Assembly (NCBI GenBank): GCA_000708835.1
Contig: DF237157.1
Location: forward strand, 78,489-142,488
Reading direction: 5' to 3'
From: Klebsormidium nitens
Lineage: Eukaryota > Plantae > Klebsormidiophyceae
Length of the DNA stretch: 64,000 nt
Part shown: positions 12,503-23,534 of the stretch, one piece after another
Layout of the letters: every line of letters begins with the position of its first letter
Numbering within the stretch: the first letter of the stretch is position 1
Program-made: the position numbers and the translations under genes
Notes under the pieces: model-generated
Seen by the model: the letters and a program-made list of their open reading frames with translations, nothing else
Database searches by the model: none
What the model was told of the DNA's origin: nothing

Positions 12503-14325
12503 AAATTGCTGGAAAAGTTTCCAATCGCAGCCTGAACCCAAGTTGTGATTTCATGACAAACCCCTTTCTAGTAGATTGCATATCTCACTCAATCCTGCTT
12601 CTCTCCAGGCAAGCCCCAAGCCGCTGAAATTCCTCAAATCGCGCTCGCGGGAACGCCGCCTAGATTGCCTCCAGTGGGCGCTGGAGACGCTGAGGAGCAG
12701 CAGGTCGCGTTGTTACAAGGGGCCCGCGCTCAGCAGGTGTGCGCACGCGCGCGCGCCGCGCACCTTGAGAGCCAGGTGAGAGCTGCGTGGTTTTAGTTAC
12801 CTCTTTGGACAGACCATGCGACCCAATTTTGCTAATATATAATCCAGAAGCTTCTGGCTCCGTTTCTAGCCCTTTAGAGGCACTGGGGTCTACATATGCT
12901 GCGCCAGTGCGAAGCAGGGACAGCTGGCAAATACCACAGAGTGCAGACATGCAGAGAGCAGCGAAAATCAGAGCGAGGTACGGGTTCTTGCCTTTGCATC
13001 CTTCTAGTGCAGTTTCTACTCTTTTTTCTTCCAGATATCATTTTTGCACCTTCTCTTTCCTTCTTCTTGCTTGTTCCTTCCTTAGCTTGGATTTTGAGTT
13101 CTCTAGACAAGTACATAATTCAGCTGCCACTTCAGCTGGTCTCAAGAGGTTGTGTGCGTCCTGTGCTCTACAGCAGACGTGAATAGTGTTCGATTGTGGG
13201 TCTTGAAATCGCTATTAGACATTTGAAAGACCGGAGTCCGAGAGCCGATGCGTTCTCAGCTAATGTTCCAGCTGAAACCGAGGCTAAGCTCTCACAGTGT
13301 TTTCGACATGGATTGTGCGGGCCTTGATCGCAACAAACGACTTCGCTTGGTTTCATATAGCTTGAGGTGTCCAGTCCGTTCTGACAGGTCCCGTTTAAAC
13401 ATGATTGTGGGACGATTTTCGACAGACAATGCGTAATCCTCGTTCGTCCCTTCTCACCCAGGTTGCAAAGCTGCGATTGGAGAAGCTCGGTCTCACGCGT
13501 CAGAATGAGGTCCTCGCTGACCTGATCACCAGGCACGCCAAAGAGCACGAAGCGAAACTAGCAGGCCTCCTTCTAAAACATGATTCTGAGCGGGTAGAGC
13601 TCGTTAAAAGGCATCACAAAGTCGAAGAGGCGCTGGTCAAACAAAATGGCGACGCTCTAGCGGAGGCGCAGCGCTGGAAGGTTGCCATGGAAGGTGTTTG
13701 GAAAGAGATCTGGGGATTGGACACGGAGCGTAAAGAGCTGCGGAAGAAAGGGCGGAGCTTGCGTAAAGAACGGGATGCCGCCCGGGCAGAGGCGCGCGGT
13801 TGGCAAGTGGACCTCGCGAGGGCGCAGCAGCGTCTGAAGAGAGTGACGATAGCGGACCTCGAGGCGCCACGGACGAGCCTGGCTATATGTTGCGCGGAAG
13901 TGGAAAGCGTCCGTAAAGAGAACGAAAGCGTCCGGAAAGAAAATGAAAGCGTCCATAGAGAGAACGAAAACGTCCGGAAAGAGAACGAAAGCGTCCGGAA
14001 AGAGAGCGAGAGCGTCCGGAAAGAGAACGAAAGACTCCGAAAAGACGCAGAGAGCGTCCAAAAGGACGTCGAGAGCTTCGAAAAGGAAGCGGATGCTCTT
14101 TGGGAGGAACTAGAGCGGGTGGAAGGTGCGAAAAAGACGGCAATCGCGGAGGCGGAAACGGCGGAGGGCGCGCGGGCGCGTGCGCGCACAGAACTAGAGG
14201 CGGCTGTCACGCGGCTGGTGGAGTCGCAGCAAGCGCGCGCGGGGCTGCAGCGGGAGCTCGCGGACGCGCTTGCGGCTTTGGACGGTGTGAAAAGGCACCA
14301 CGCAACGGGTGAGAACATGGACTGA
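12454..14325 (+). CDS. Coiled-coil protein of unknown function; 5' end uncertain
   Basis: Exons ~12454-12491, 12609-12775 and 13462-14325 splice in phase (QQEASG|KPQAAE...AHLESQ|VAKLRLEKL). The terminal exon is E/K/R/A-rich with heptad periodicity. Confidence 0.7.
13903..14091 (+). repeat. Coding 21-nt tandem repeat, about 9 units (ESVRKEN heptads)
   Basis: The unit gaaagcgtccggaaagagaac recurs at 13903, 13924, 13945, 13966, 13987, 14008, then more degenerately at 14029, 14050 and 14071. Confidence 0.93.
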
Positions 14326-16696
14326 GAGAAGCTGGCGGTACCGGAAGGGGAAGTGCGGCGGCTGACGTCAGTTGGGAGCTTGAAGGAGACGCCAGCATAC
14401 GTGGAAACGACGTCAGCTGGTGGCGGGACTCTAGAGAGCCAAGCCGGGAACGGGGGGGCAGATTTGCGGCAGCGGTCTGCGGCGGGGCAGACTGTGATTG
14501 GAAGGGGCGATGATTGCTCTGGTGTAGATTATCACCGCAAGGACCGAGGAGTTAAAGAAGGGGTTACTGTGTCAGCGCATGATTGGAGCCGAGGGCCGCT
14601 TTGCCTGCTTTCGAACCGGGCCCTGTCGGTTCTCAACCCGGGTCGAAGAGGATCCGGGTTGGTCCGCCTCTGCGTCTGTTCTCCCGACTGGTCGCCGCGC
14701 CACTCTAGTTTCCCTCCGGCTTGCTACATTGCCACTCGACGGCCGAACCAACCCGGAAGGTATCGGACTACCTGAGGGCCGTTAACCCGGAGGCGAAGGC
14801 GGGACCGGCGGGCTTCCAAGGCGGGCGGCTCAATCCCGGCAGGGTTGCAGGGTTTTGGGTGTCGGGTCGATCGTCGTTTTAAAACCAGCGGACGGGAAGA
14901 TATTGGATTTGATAGCAGCGAGGGTCTGTGCCGCTCGTCTGTGGGTGCAAAAAAGCTTTCCGGGAGCGGAAGGAAGCCAGAGCGACCGATCGTTCCTCTA
15001 CACGTGTCAGGTGTCCAAGCGGGGAAAAGAAGCTTGCAGGCCCCAGAATCCAGAGCGAGAGCTTGAAAAGGAACGTTGCAGTAAAGTGGCGGGGTTGAGG
15101 GTCGTGGGCTGTCTCCGGAAGCAGATAGTAGCGACCGCGCTCCTCAAAGTGACGACTAGTCCACTTGAGACGCGGAGGGTCTGGGGACTTGCGCGGTCGA
15201 GTCGGAGCGCGAACTGGCCGCAGCTAGGTGCGGAGGACGGGGCGCCTTCGGCGAGAGAATTACGCGGCGGCTCATAGCGGAAGTGCTACCCACTTTTGTA
15301 AGCGACAATCTAACAAGAGCGAGTTGGGTGTTGATAAGCATCAAGCCTTAATATACTGAGAGAGGGATTGTGCACTCTTTGACCTGGACGCAAATAGCAA
15401 CCCTCAGGTTGCGAGAAGCACCAGGGTTGCAGGCCGGCTTAGTAAGCAAGCACTGCAAACTGAGACTACTGCCGATCATGAATGCATGCGATGCAAGCTC
15501 TTACAAGGCATGCAGGCTCCTCTCGAGCTATTGAACTGACTGTTCACAGTGCAGGCAGACACGGTCAACAGTTTTAGCGGCGTTGATGCAAAGATTTGCG
15601 ATTTGCAACGGGAGTTGTCCTACTGAAGAAGAGTCACAAGGAAAGAAAACCATGCTCTGCGAGTATGCATGAACCGTCGACGTGTACGTAGTCGACGTGC
15701 AACAAATAATACACTCTAGGAGATTGATCAAAGTTGGTGCTAAGACGGCATGTATATATGCAGTTTGCGTCGATCATCAGCTTCAGATAGCGTCTCGTCG
15801 ACCCCGGATATACATATACACCACCGTTACCTACCCATTTTGATGGGCCGCGCAAAGCAGGATTTATGAATAACGCGTTAGCCGGTTCGGGCGGCCGGGC
15901 CGCCTTTCATAGCCTGTGCTGCTCAGTGACGTCTGATAATCTGCAATTTAACCGGGCTGCTAGAAGTTTGCCCCCGACACATAACGGCCAATATACCCCA
16001 AAACCTAACATTATGAGAATTTCAGGTCTGCTCTACCCGTGAACAAGCACTTACAAGTGCAGCTCGCAGGAGAGCACACACGTCGCTGAATTAACGAGCG
16101 CCCGATCGTCTGAGGATAAGTCTTGCTGGCGCCTAAGTGGTCGGCCGAATCCTTTTGAACAGTCGAGACGGTTGCTTCTCCCCATACGCTATCCCTTAGC
16201 GGGGAGCAACCGCCCCTCGCCTATGGTATAGCACACACTCGACGCGCCCGCGAGCCGCGCCAGAGTCTCGCGTGCCCGACCATGCCGAGCTGACTCGGAC
16301 AGTCAGCAATCAGCTAGCTACGACGTACTCAAGTCCACTGTCTCAGACATGCTGTTGACGTGTCCGATCACAAGTAGCGACCTCGCGGAAGCCAGGCAGA
16401 TGCGCAGTGGAATATACAGAGGACACATTTGCTGAGTCTGCATCGTGCTTTTGAACAAAAGCGAGCATCTTAGTTTCGGCTTTTTCAAGCTCGCTGAAAG
16501 AGAGCGGGGGCGATATCAGAAGGGCAGGCAGATGCGAAGCGCTGACAGAGTTCAGAGTGGAACGCACTGTTGTCACATCCGCTTAGCACCTTGACTTTGA
16601 ACAATAGCGGGGGCAATGGCGAGAATCTTAGCTTCCGAATCCCCAAGCTCTTTGAACAAAAGTTCAAGAATGGCGGCGCCCTTTCCATCTCTCAAG

Positions 16697-17913
16697 ATGC
16701 GCTCCCCTCTGTTTCTGCTGCTTGCTCTCAGCAGTATCACCCACTCTGCACGCGGAGAACTCTCCAGCGGCTGCAACCCGCTTCCTGAGCCCAGCCTTGT
16801 TAACCAGTTTTTGCTAACAAACCACTCGGACCTGAGAAACCCCGCGTTCGGGGAAAGCGTTAACGGGCTGACCGCCGAGGAAGGGTTACGGTTTCCGCGG
16901 CAGCTACAGGTGGTCAAGTGCCATTCCTTTGGAAACCTTTCAACTGGAAACTCTTCCTTTGACTTTTACCAAGTGGAATCGCCCAGCCAGGTTTGCAAGG
17001 CGCCCCCGCCTTTGGAATTCGACTTGTCGCCAAACGTGCGTAGCGAAATGAAGGGTCCGGGGGGTCTGCTGTTCCTCGCGTTCTTGGCCTCGGTGATAAT
17101 TACGGGTTTAACGACGTGGGCTATTGTCTTCTCGCTGGGGGCGTTCCTTGTCAGGAGTATTGGTCGCCTCGTATGCTGGTTGTCGGGAAAGCTTTGCGTC
17201 TCTCCCGAAGCGGAAGCCAACATGAACAATACCAGTCTCGTGATACAAGAAAGTTTTGGCGCCGCCTTCTATGTGCAAACCAACGGCGTGTGGAGCCTCG
17301 ACAAGAACGCGAAGCGAGCTGCGGACCCACTCAGCCAGACACACGACGTGGCGACCTGGGACACTGACTTTGGCGGTTCGTGGTCGCCTTCAAATGATTT
17401 CTCTTTCCCGGAGCCAAATCGCGCGGCTCCTGCACAAAAGACCTCTGCATTGCAGAGAAGCTGCACCTTTCTCAATGTTTAGCTGAGGTTTGCGCCTGCA
17501 TCCTCGCTTATGCCGGCCTTTTCGCCGTCATCGGCTTCGTCGTTGTCGCCATGCTATGCCAGACGTCAGTAAATGACGTCACGCCCAAAGGTCCCATTGG
17601 TCTTCCCGACCCCGCAGGGGGCCTGAACCGGTTCCTTAATGACTCGGGAACAGGTTTAAACCTGACCCTGTGTGCGACGAAGACCATGACCTTTTACGTG
17701 AGCTGCCCGGTTCGCTGTGCCGGTTTGGGCGAGCCCTACGGGAACCGGGCGCCCGGGAAAGCGCAGCTCAAAGTTTGCCCCGACTACTTTGAACGGACAC
17801 CTGTCAAGATGGCCCTAATCGAGAACGTCTGTGACGGGGTGGCAGGTGCGGTCGCCGTTCTGCTGACGTTTTGGTGTTGCCGATGCTGCTTGAGAAAGAA
17901 ACGCGTTAATTGA
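16697..17913 (+). CDS. Signal-peptide membrane protein with three predicted TM helices and a Cys-rich C-terminal tail; unknown family
   Basis: ATG at 16697 (an in-frame ATG also at 16670) gives the signal peptide MRSPLFLLLALSSITHSARG. Intron 17376-17482 (GGC G|gttcgt...tttag|CT GAG) joins two ORFs in phase. Hydrophobic segments: GLLFLAFLASVIITGLTTWAIVFSLGAFLV, VCACILAYAGLFAVIGFVVVAML and GVAGAVAVLLTFWCCRCCLRKKR. Confidence 0.72.
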
Positions 17914-18822
17914 GGCAGCTCGGTTGACTTCGACGGGCAAACATCAAAGCGGTTCATAAGGATCAAACAGGAGAGATAGGAGTTTGAATAAGGGTTTCCT
18001 GGATACGAAAGAAGCAGGAGACTATATTTGAGCCCACTGTTCGCGATTAAAGATAGCTAGGCGGATCTATGATCGAAATAATGATGTCCCGGTGTCGCGA
18101 GTCAGCCTAGTTTGATACCTTTGCAACGCAAAGTTGATGAAGCATGCAATCTCTAATAGCTTGTTTCAGAGCACGAGCAGGCTGGACGTACGTTGCGCAC
18201 CCGACAATTAATGAAGATTTCGACGGAGAATCAAAGCGAAGGAATGTGTTCAATAGTGATCGTACTAATGGTATACGCATGAGTCACCGCTTATACGTCC
18301 GTCATCGGGTTCATATAGGCTGCTTCCGACGCCGACGTTACATGCATAGTATGGAGGAGATATCGTCGCATCCCGGACGATAAACTTTCATGCATTTGCA
18401 AGCATGTGTGCGTGGATCTATCTTGAAAATATCTTCCTCGACGATTGGCCGGGCCGATCGACCGAAATATAGCGGCTCGCGTTTGAGCGCCACTCTCGCA
18501 GACAGTAGGTGCATCCAACCGTCGAGCCGCATTCATTCCAAACGAATCAGTGCTAAACGAAGGTTCGGTTGAATTGTGAAGTGAGGCCAACCGTCACCTT
18601 CAGTTCATGTCAAATGTTGAAGTAGACCGTCGAATGAGAGTCCAACCTAGCACCAAGCTTCAAGTGCAGGGTTATCGCGCGCCTATACAGGTTTCGACCT
18701 TCAAGAGGCTTTCTCTAAGCACAGCAAGCCGACCGTCTCGTCAACCGCCACTGGGCGGCTCGATAGGAGTAACGAAGGCGCAATAATACACTACCGCTAG
18801 CACGCACTGATCTCCACTAAGA

Positions 18823-21800
18823 TCAACGCTTCACCAGCAAGAACGCATCCTCTTTCAGCGCCGTGCATCCTTTCGCCACAAAATTCGGGTAATCCTTCAA
18901 AACGTCGTTTGCTGTTAGCAGTTGGGCATCGTAGCCGTTCCCAAACAGGCGATCTACCTCCTTGATGTCGATGCTATACGGGGGCCCAGACATCTCCTCC
19001 TGCAGAAACGTTCGGGAAAAAACGTGAGCATAAGCGGCCTTCTCCATCCGGTGAACAGACGAGGTGCGACTTTCTCTTTCAGGAAACAAGGACACCGAAA
19101 TTCGTCCGCTTCACAGGGTTCGACGGAGACGAGGTCTAACAGCCTTCATAATCGTTTGACGAACAAGGAAACATCCGGATGGCGAAGTGCCAAGCTCCGA
19201 GCTCTCTGATGCCATCATTCCGTGGACACTGATCAACATCTGCCGACGTCAGCAACTTCAACAGGCCACGAAACTACGAAGCTGGTAACAAAGCCCATTG
19301 GAAGGATATAATCAAAAGAAACGTGCAAAAGCGGGTGCGACCGAGTCAAGGAGAAGTTCTCGCAATGTTTGTAGCCAATCAGATGCTCCCAGACTGACAG
19401 CTCAGACAGGCCCCCGAGCGGGATCAAAGCGAAACGCTTTCCTGTGACGGCATTCCTTTAGAGAAGATGGCGTCACAGGGACTGCACGTGCTTTTGTGAG
19501 ACTCCTCATTCTCTTTACTTTCCCTTGACTTGCTTCATATTGATACAAGACGATCGAGTTCAGAACTCTCAAACCCAGAACCCAGAAACAGAATCCAGAA
19601 CCCAGGACTCGAAACGAGAAAGGCGGGAATAGTCAGGACCGAAAGAGGGGACAACATTCCCACCTGGTTGTAGTTCATGCCCACTAGCAGGATGCGCGCC
19701 CCCGGCTTGAGCACTCCGTCCAAAGCGGCGACGTACTTTCCTCTCAACGAAGGATGAACCGCCACCAATGCAGCACGGTCCAAGCACTGCCAAAACCAAG
19801 CTTCGTTGGAAATCGAGTCAGCTTAGGTTTTAATGCAGTCATGGTGGATCATGTTGAGCAGGATCGATGTGCCAAGACAGGTGCGTATTAGAACACAAAT
19901 CTGAGATGGTATTGTCACCGACATGGTACGCTTTTGGCAAACATGGGCAAATTATGTCCGGCGTGGCGTTTTTGCAGGCACCGCGCACAAAGAGGCGATG
20001 ATAGCCGCTCTTCCACCCCTTGCATTCTTTTGACTACGCCCTTTTCCGACCAGGCAGAATGCAACCCTTTGAAGGTCGCCGTTCTTTTCACCGATTGATT
20101 TCGACGTGCCAGGAAGACGCCTCACCAAGTCGAAGGTCCCCGCAGATGCTGACGTCAGCTCGAAGAAGTCGCCCCGCAAGATGCTCAGCCCGGGCCCTGC
20201 GTACACTTCGAAGCCGCCCTCGGACGTCCGGTCCAGCCTTTCGAGAGGAATGTCCGGATGCTCCTCCCTGAACTCGTCGATTGCGGTTTGGATACCTTCC
20301 ACCCCGACCACATCCAAACCCTGCACCAAAGCCACAGGGTTAGCAAGAGACATGCCTGCTTTGTTGGCTGCTTGAACCCAAGAAAGATGTGCTTTTTGAT
20401 GTTTGCTAGATTATATTAGAAGAGACTGTGAAAGGACTTTAGTGTTTTGAGGGCGTTGTGAACATGGAAGACAACTCGAGACAGGGAATGAGAAGGAAAC
20501 CTAGTCAACAAGCGGGCTGAAGCTTGTAGGAAACAAGATAGAAACAGGCATTTGATGTACGCCAGCTGATATGCGGAGAATACTTCTTATCAGTGACATA
20601 CATCCTTTCGACTGCACTCAATCTACAGTTGAGCAAGACGGTAACAGCTGAAACCTATGAGCTTACACATCTGTTGCTGTGGAGCGACATGATAAAAGGT
20701 GGTGCAGCATCAAAGAGAAGCCCTGAATGGCGGGCGCCAGTGTAAGCGGCACCATTTGGCAAGTACTGAGAAATTCTTGATAGATGAACCTTGTGAGAAC
20801 GATCAGGGTCTTGGACTAGCTGACGATGAAGAGCGTAACAGTTCCTAACACAGCGCTCTAAGTAGACCACCACAGCCGGAGACATGCAGTTTGTCGTCAC
20901 CTATCAGATCTTGTCCTTAACAAAACCTGAGCTTTCTAGCCTCTGCACCAATCGACTCAATAATGCCTCCAATACTAAATGCCGAATGTCCAAAGTTCCG
21001 TCAAACTAAGATGAAGTCCACTGTGTTTCTACCAAGCCTGAGCTCACATCTGGAGTCAGCTTTGCGTCTGACTGAGAGGAAGACTTTTCAAACAAAGAAG
21101 CTCAATGCGTAGAGAGCGCTTGAGCCTCTGAAAGGGATTTTGTGAGGCTGCTAATCAATGCTGCAAAAATACCCGCTTTCGATGGCAAGCGAACTGCAAG
21201 CCCACATCAAGTACAGAAGAAATGTGAGAGAATCAAGGGGGATACCTATATTGAATATAAGTAAAGTGCTTACATAACGTAGAAATCGTTCGCATTCCAT
21301 GTCTGCGCATCAGACTCAATCTGCGCTGCCCATTGCCTATTTACACCACCCCCAATCGACCAGCGTGCGACATCCTCATGTGTCAAAATTTCAAAAAGAA
21401 TAAGAGAAAGAAATTGCACTTACCTTGGAACTCAGAAATGGCATGTCTACTGTCTTCCCGCACAGCGGAACAAGCACCCGCCGGTTCTCCCCCGCTTCTT
21501 GCTCTGGCCCCAGAAACTTCTCTAGATTCTTCAGCAAGTTCGGATTCGGGTCCGCTTTATGGAACGCGATCCTCCCCGGCGCGTCCCGAGGTTTTGCCCA
21601 GCCTGCCACCCACCGTGTGAGACGCTCTTGCGGGTCGTCAGGGCGGGAAGATTCTGATCCTGCAGCCACTGTGGGTTCTGAACTTTCCTCGTTGACATTC
21701 TTTGCGGGGTGGGAAGTTTCCGGTTGGGTCTTAGCTTCAGCGGCCATGTTGCTTCTAACCACCACCTGTCTTTGGTAACTGGAGGGGAGAGTAGCTCTGA

Positions 21801-21939
21801 CAGAAGTGGAGTTTGCTGTTCTGAAGAAACGGTCCAGCGATAGAGACTTTCGACACTGATAATTGGGCTGATGTCGGGCAGATATTGGAAAAGAGGAGGG
21901 TTTTGCAATGCTGCCACTTTTTGCCAACGCTCTGCTCAT
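18823..21939 (-). CDS. TPMT: Thiopurine S-methyltransferase family protein with a putative organellar transit peptide
   Basis: Exons 21939-21424, 20320-20126, 19786-19664 and 18999-18823. Motifs: IAFHKADPNPNL, RVLVPLCGKTVDMPFL, VVGVEG, GDFFEL, FDLCLDRAALVAV and SGPPYSI, matching the TPMT (PF05724) pattern. Confidence 0.92.
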
Positions 21940-23534
21940 GGTTTAATAGCCAGATCAGAAAGTGAAACGGATAAATTCCATTAGCATTCAAGCTCAGAAA
22001 ATTGCTTCGTTTTGAAGCTTCAATGTAGATCTACAAATATTGTAGTAGTGACGTACTGTAGTGGTCCAAAAATTGGCCACCTTTCCTCAGGGCTGCGGCT
22101 CCCCCAGCCACCACAACTTTGCTTCGAACCAGATTTATATGAGGTGGGGCAGCGGCAGAGCGGTGCAGGGGGGCAGGCCGCAGCAGGGAGGGCTCAATGG
22201 GGGCTCAGTGGCTCGAACCTGGGTAGTATTAATAATACTGCATGGTAAACCCAAACTTCAACTGGCAGGTGCCATGTGCAAGTAGATTTGTTTTCAAGAA
22301 ACCAACCCGGAAAACCCGGGTTGGATTTTGTATGCAATGCGCCCTGCGCAGTTCAGGCCTCCAGGGTAGTCGGTACTTGGCTTCACCGGCCGGCTGCACC
22401 TAGCAAGTGCGCGTGCATTACCTGCCGGCCAACCAGCTGGCGGGGTGCCTTCGAGTTCGGCACCGGCCGGGGTGCCGTTTCCGCCGGCCAGGCCCGTCGC
22501 CGGTAGTTTTCGGTGCGCCCAGTTGTCTGACACATGGCACAATGTTGATTTGCGTCTTGTTTACCTATGTCGACATACGTGAAGTTGAACAAGACGCCGC
22601 GCCAAGAGTCCAGTCAGCCGCCGCCTCAGGCTCAGGCTGTCTAGCTCCCCTTCGCTGCTTCACACAGGAAGCAAGCATTCTATTTACTGACACTGTAGCT
22701 AGGATAGGATGCAGGCACGGAATTAAGGACGGTGGCAGCGAGTGTGCGGCGAGATCGTCTTTGCGGGGATCGTCTTTTTGAAGAGAGCACCTTCTATTGC
22801 TTGCTTGCAGCTTGATTGCCAGTGGAGGTGAGGCTGGTCATCTCACACGCCTTCGCTTTTCCTGGGAAATGCTTCTTGGCGTGAGAATCCTCTCTTTGTT
22901 GACCTCTTGACCGCTCTTGATGACCATCGTAAAGTTTGCCTCGTCTAACTACCACTCATAGCTCAAAAGACTCGGTTGTAACAAAAGAGGGCTCGTCCGG
23001 CCATTGTAGGACTTTGCGTGGACTCCGACTCTGATGTATTGTTGTCAGCTTTAGACGAGAGGGGGACTAGCAACCCACGTTGCTTTGCTTGACTAGGCAT
23101 TGCTTAGGAAAACCCACAACTGCAACAACGAAAGCTGTCTGCATGATGTGCAGATAGCGCAGATAAAAGTTGGCAAAATTTCGGGCGTCTCTTCAGGACA
23201 CCAACCAGAAACTTATCATGAATCATTACGAAGAACTGCTTGATTGAGCTAGAACCTGGATCAGCACATGAAGTTACAATGCATCAACGACGGGGACGCA
23301 AGATCTCCTCAATGCTTCATTTGTCACGTTTTTCCTGGTTAGCCTGCCCTGTGCTTGCAGGTAGGTTCTTCTTTTATAATCTTGTTGCTGCTTTTTGCCC
23401 CAGTCACACAAAGCTGTTGCATTCCAGAATTTCTTCAAGGCCAATGCTGAATGATGATGATGCTATGATTTTGCAGGTGCCAACTTATACCAGCCTGTAC
23501 CACGATTTCGGGAGGAGAAATAGCTGAGCCCACT

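Noticed and set aside
14353-15344. ORFs on both strands downstream of the coiled-coil gene
   Set aside because: No ATG in good context, no domain and no consistent splice chain.
18823-21939. Assignment as a plant HOL/halide methyltransferase
   Set aside because: Motif I PLCGKTVDM matches TPMT rather than the HOL-type PGCG.
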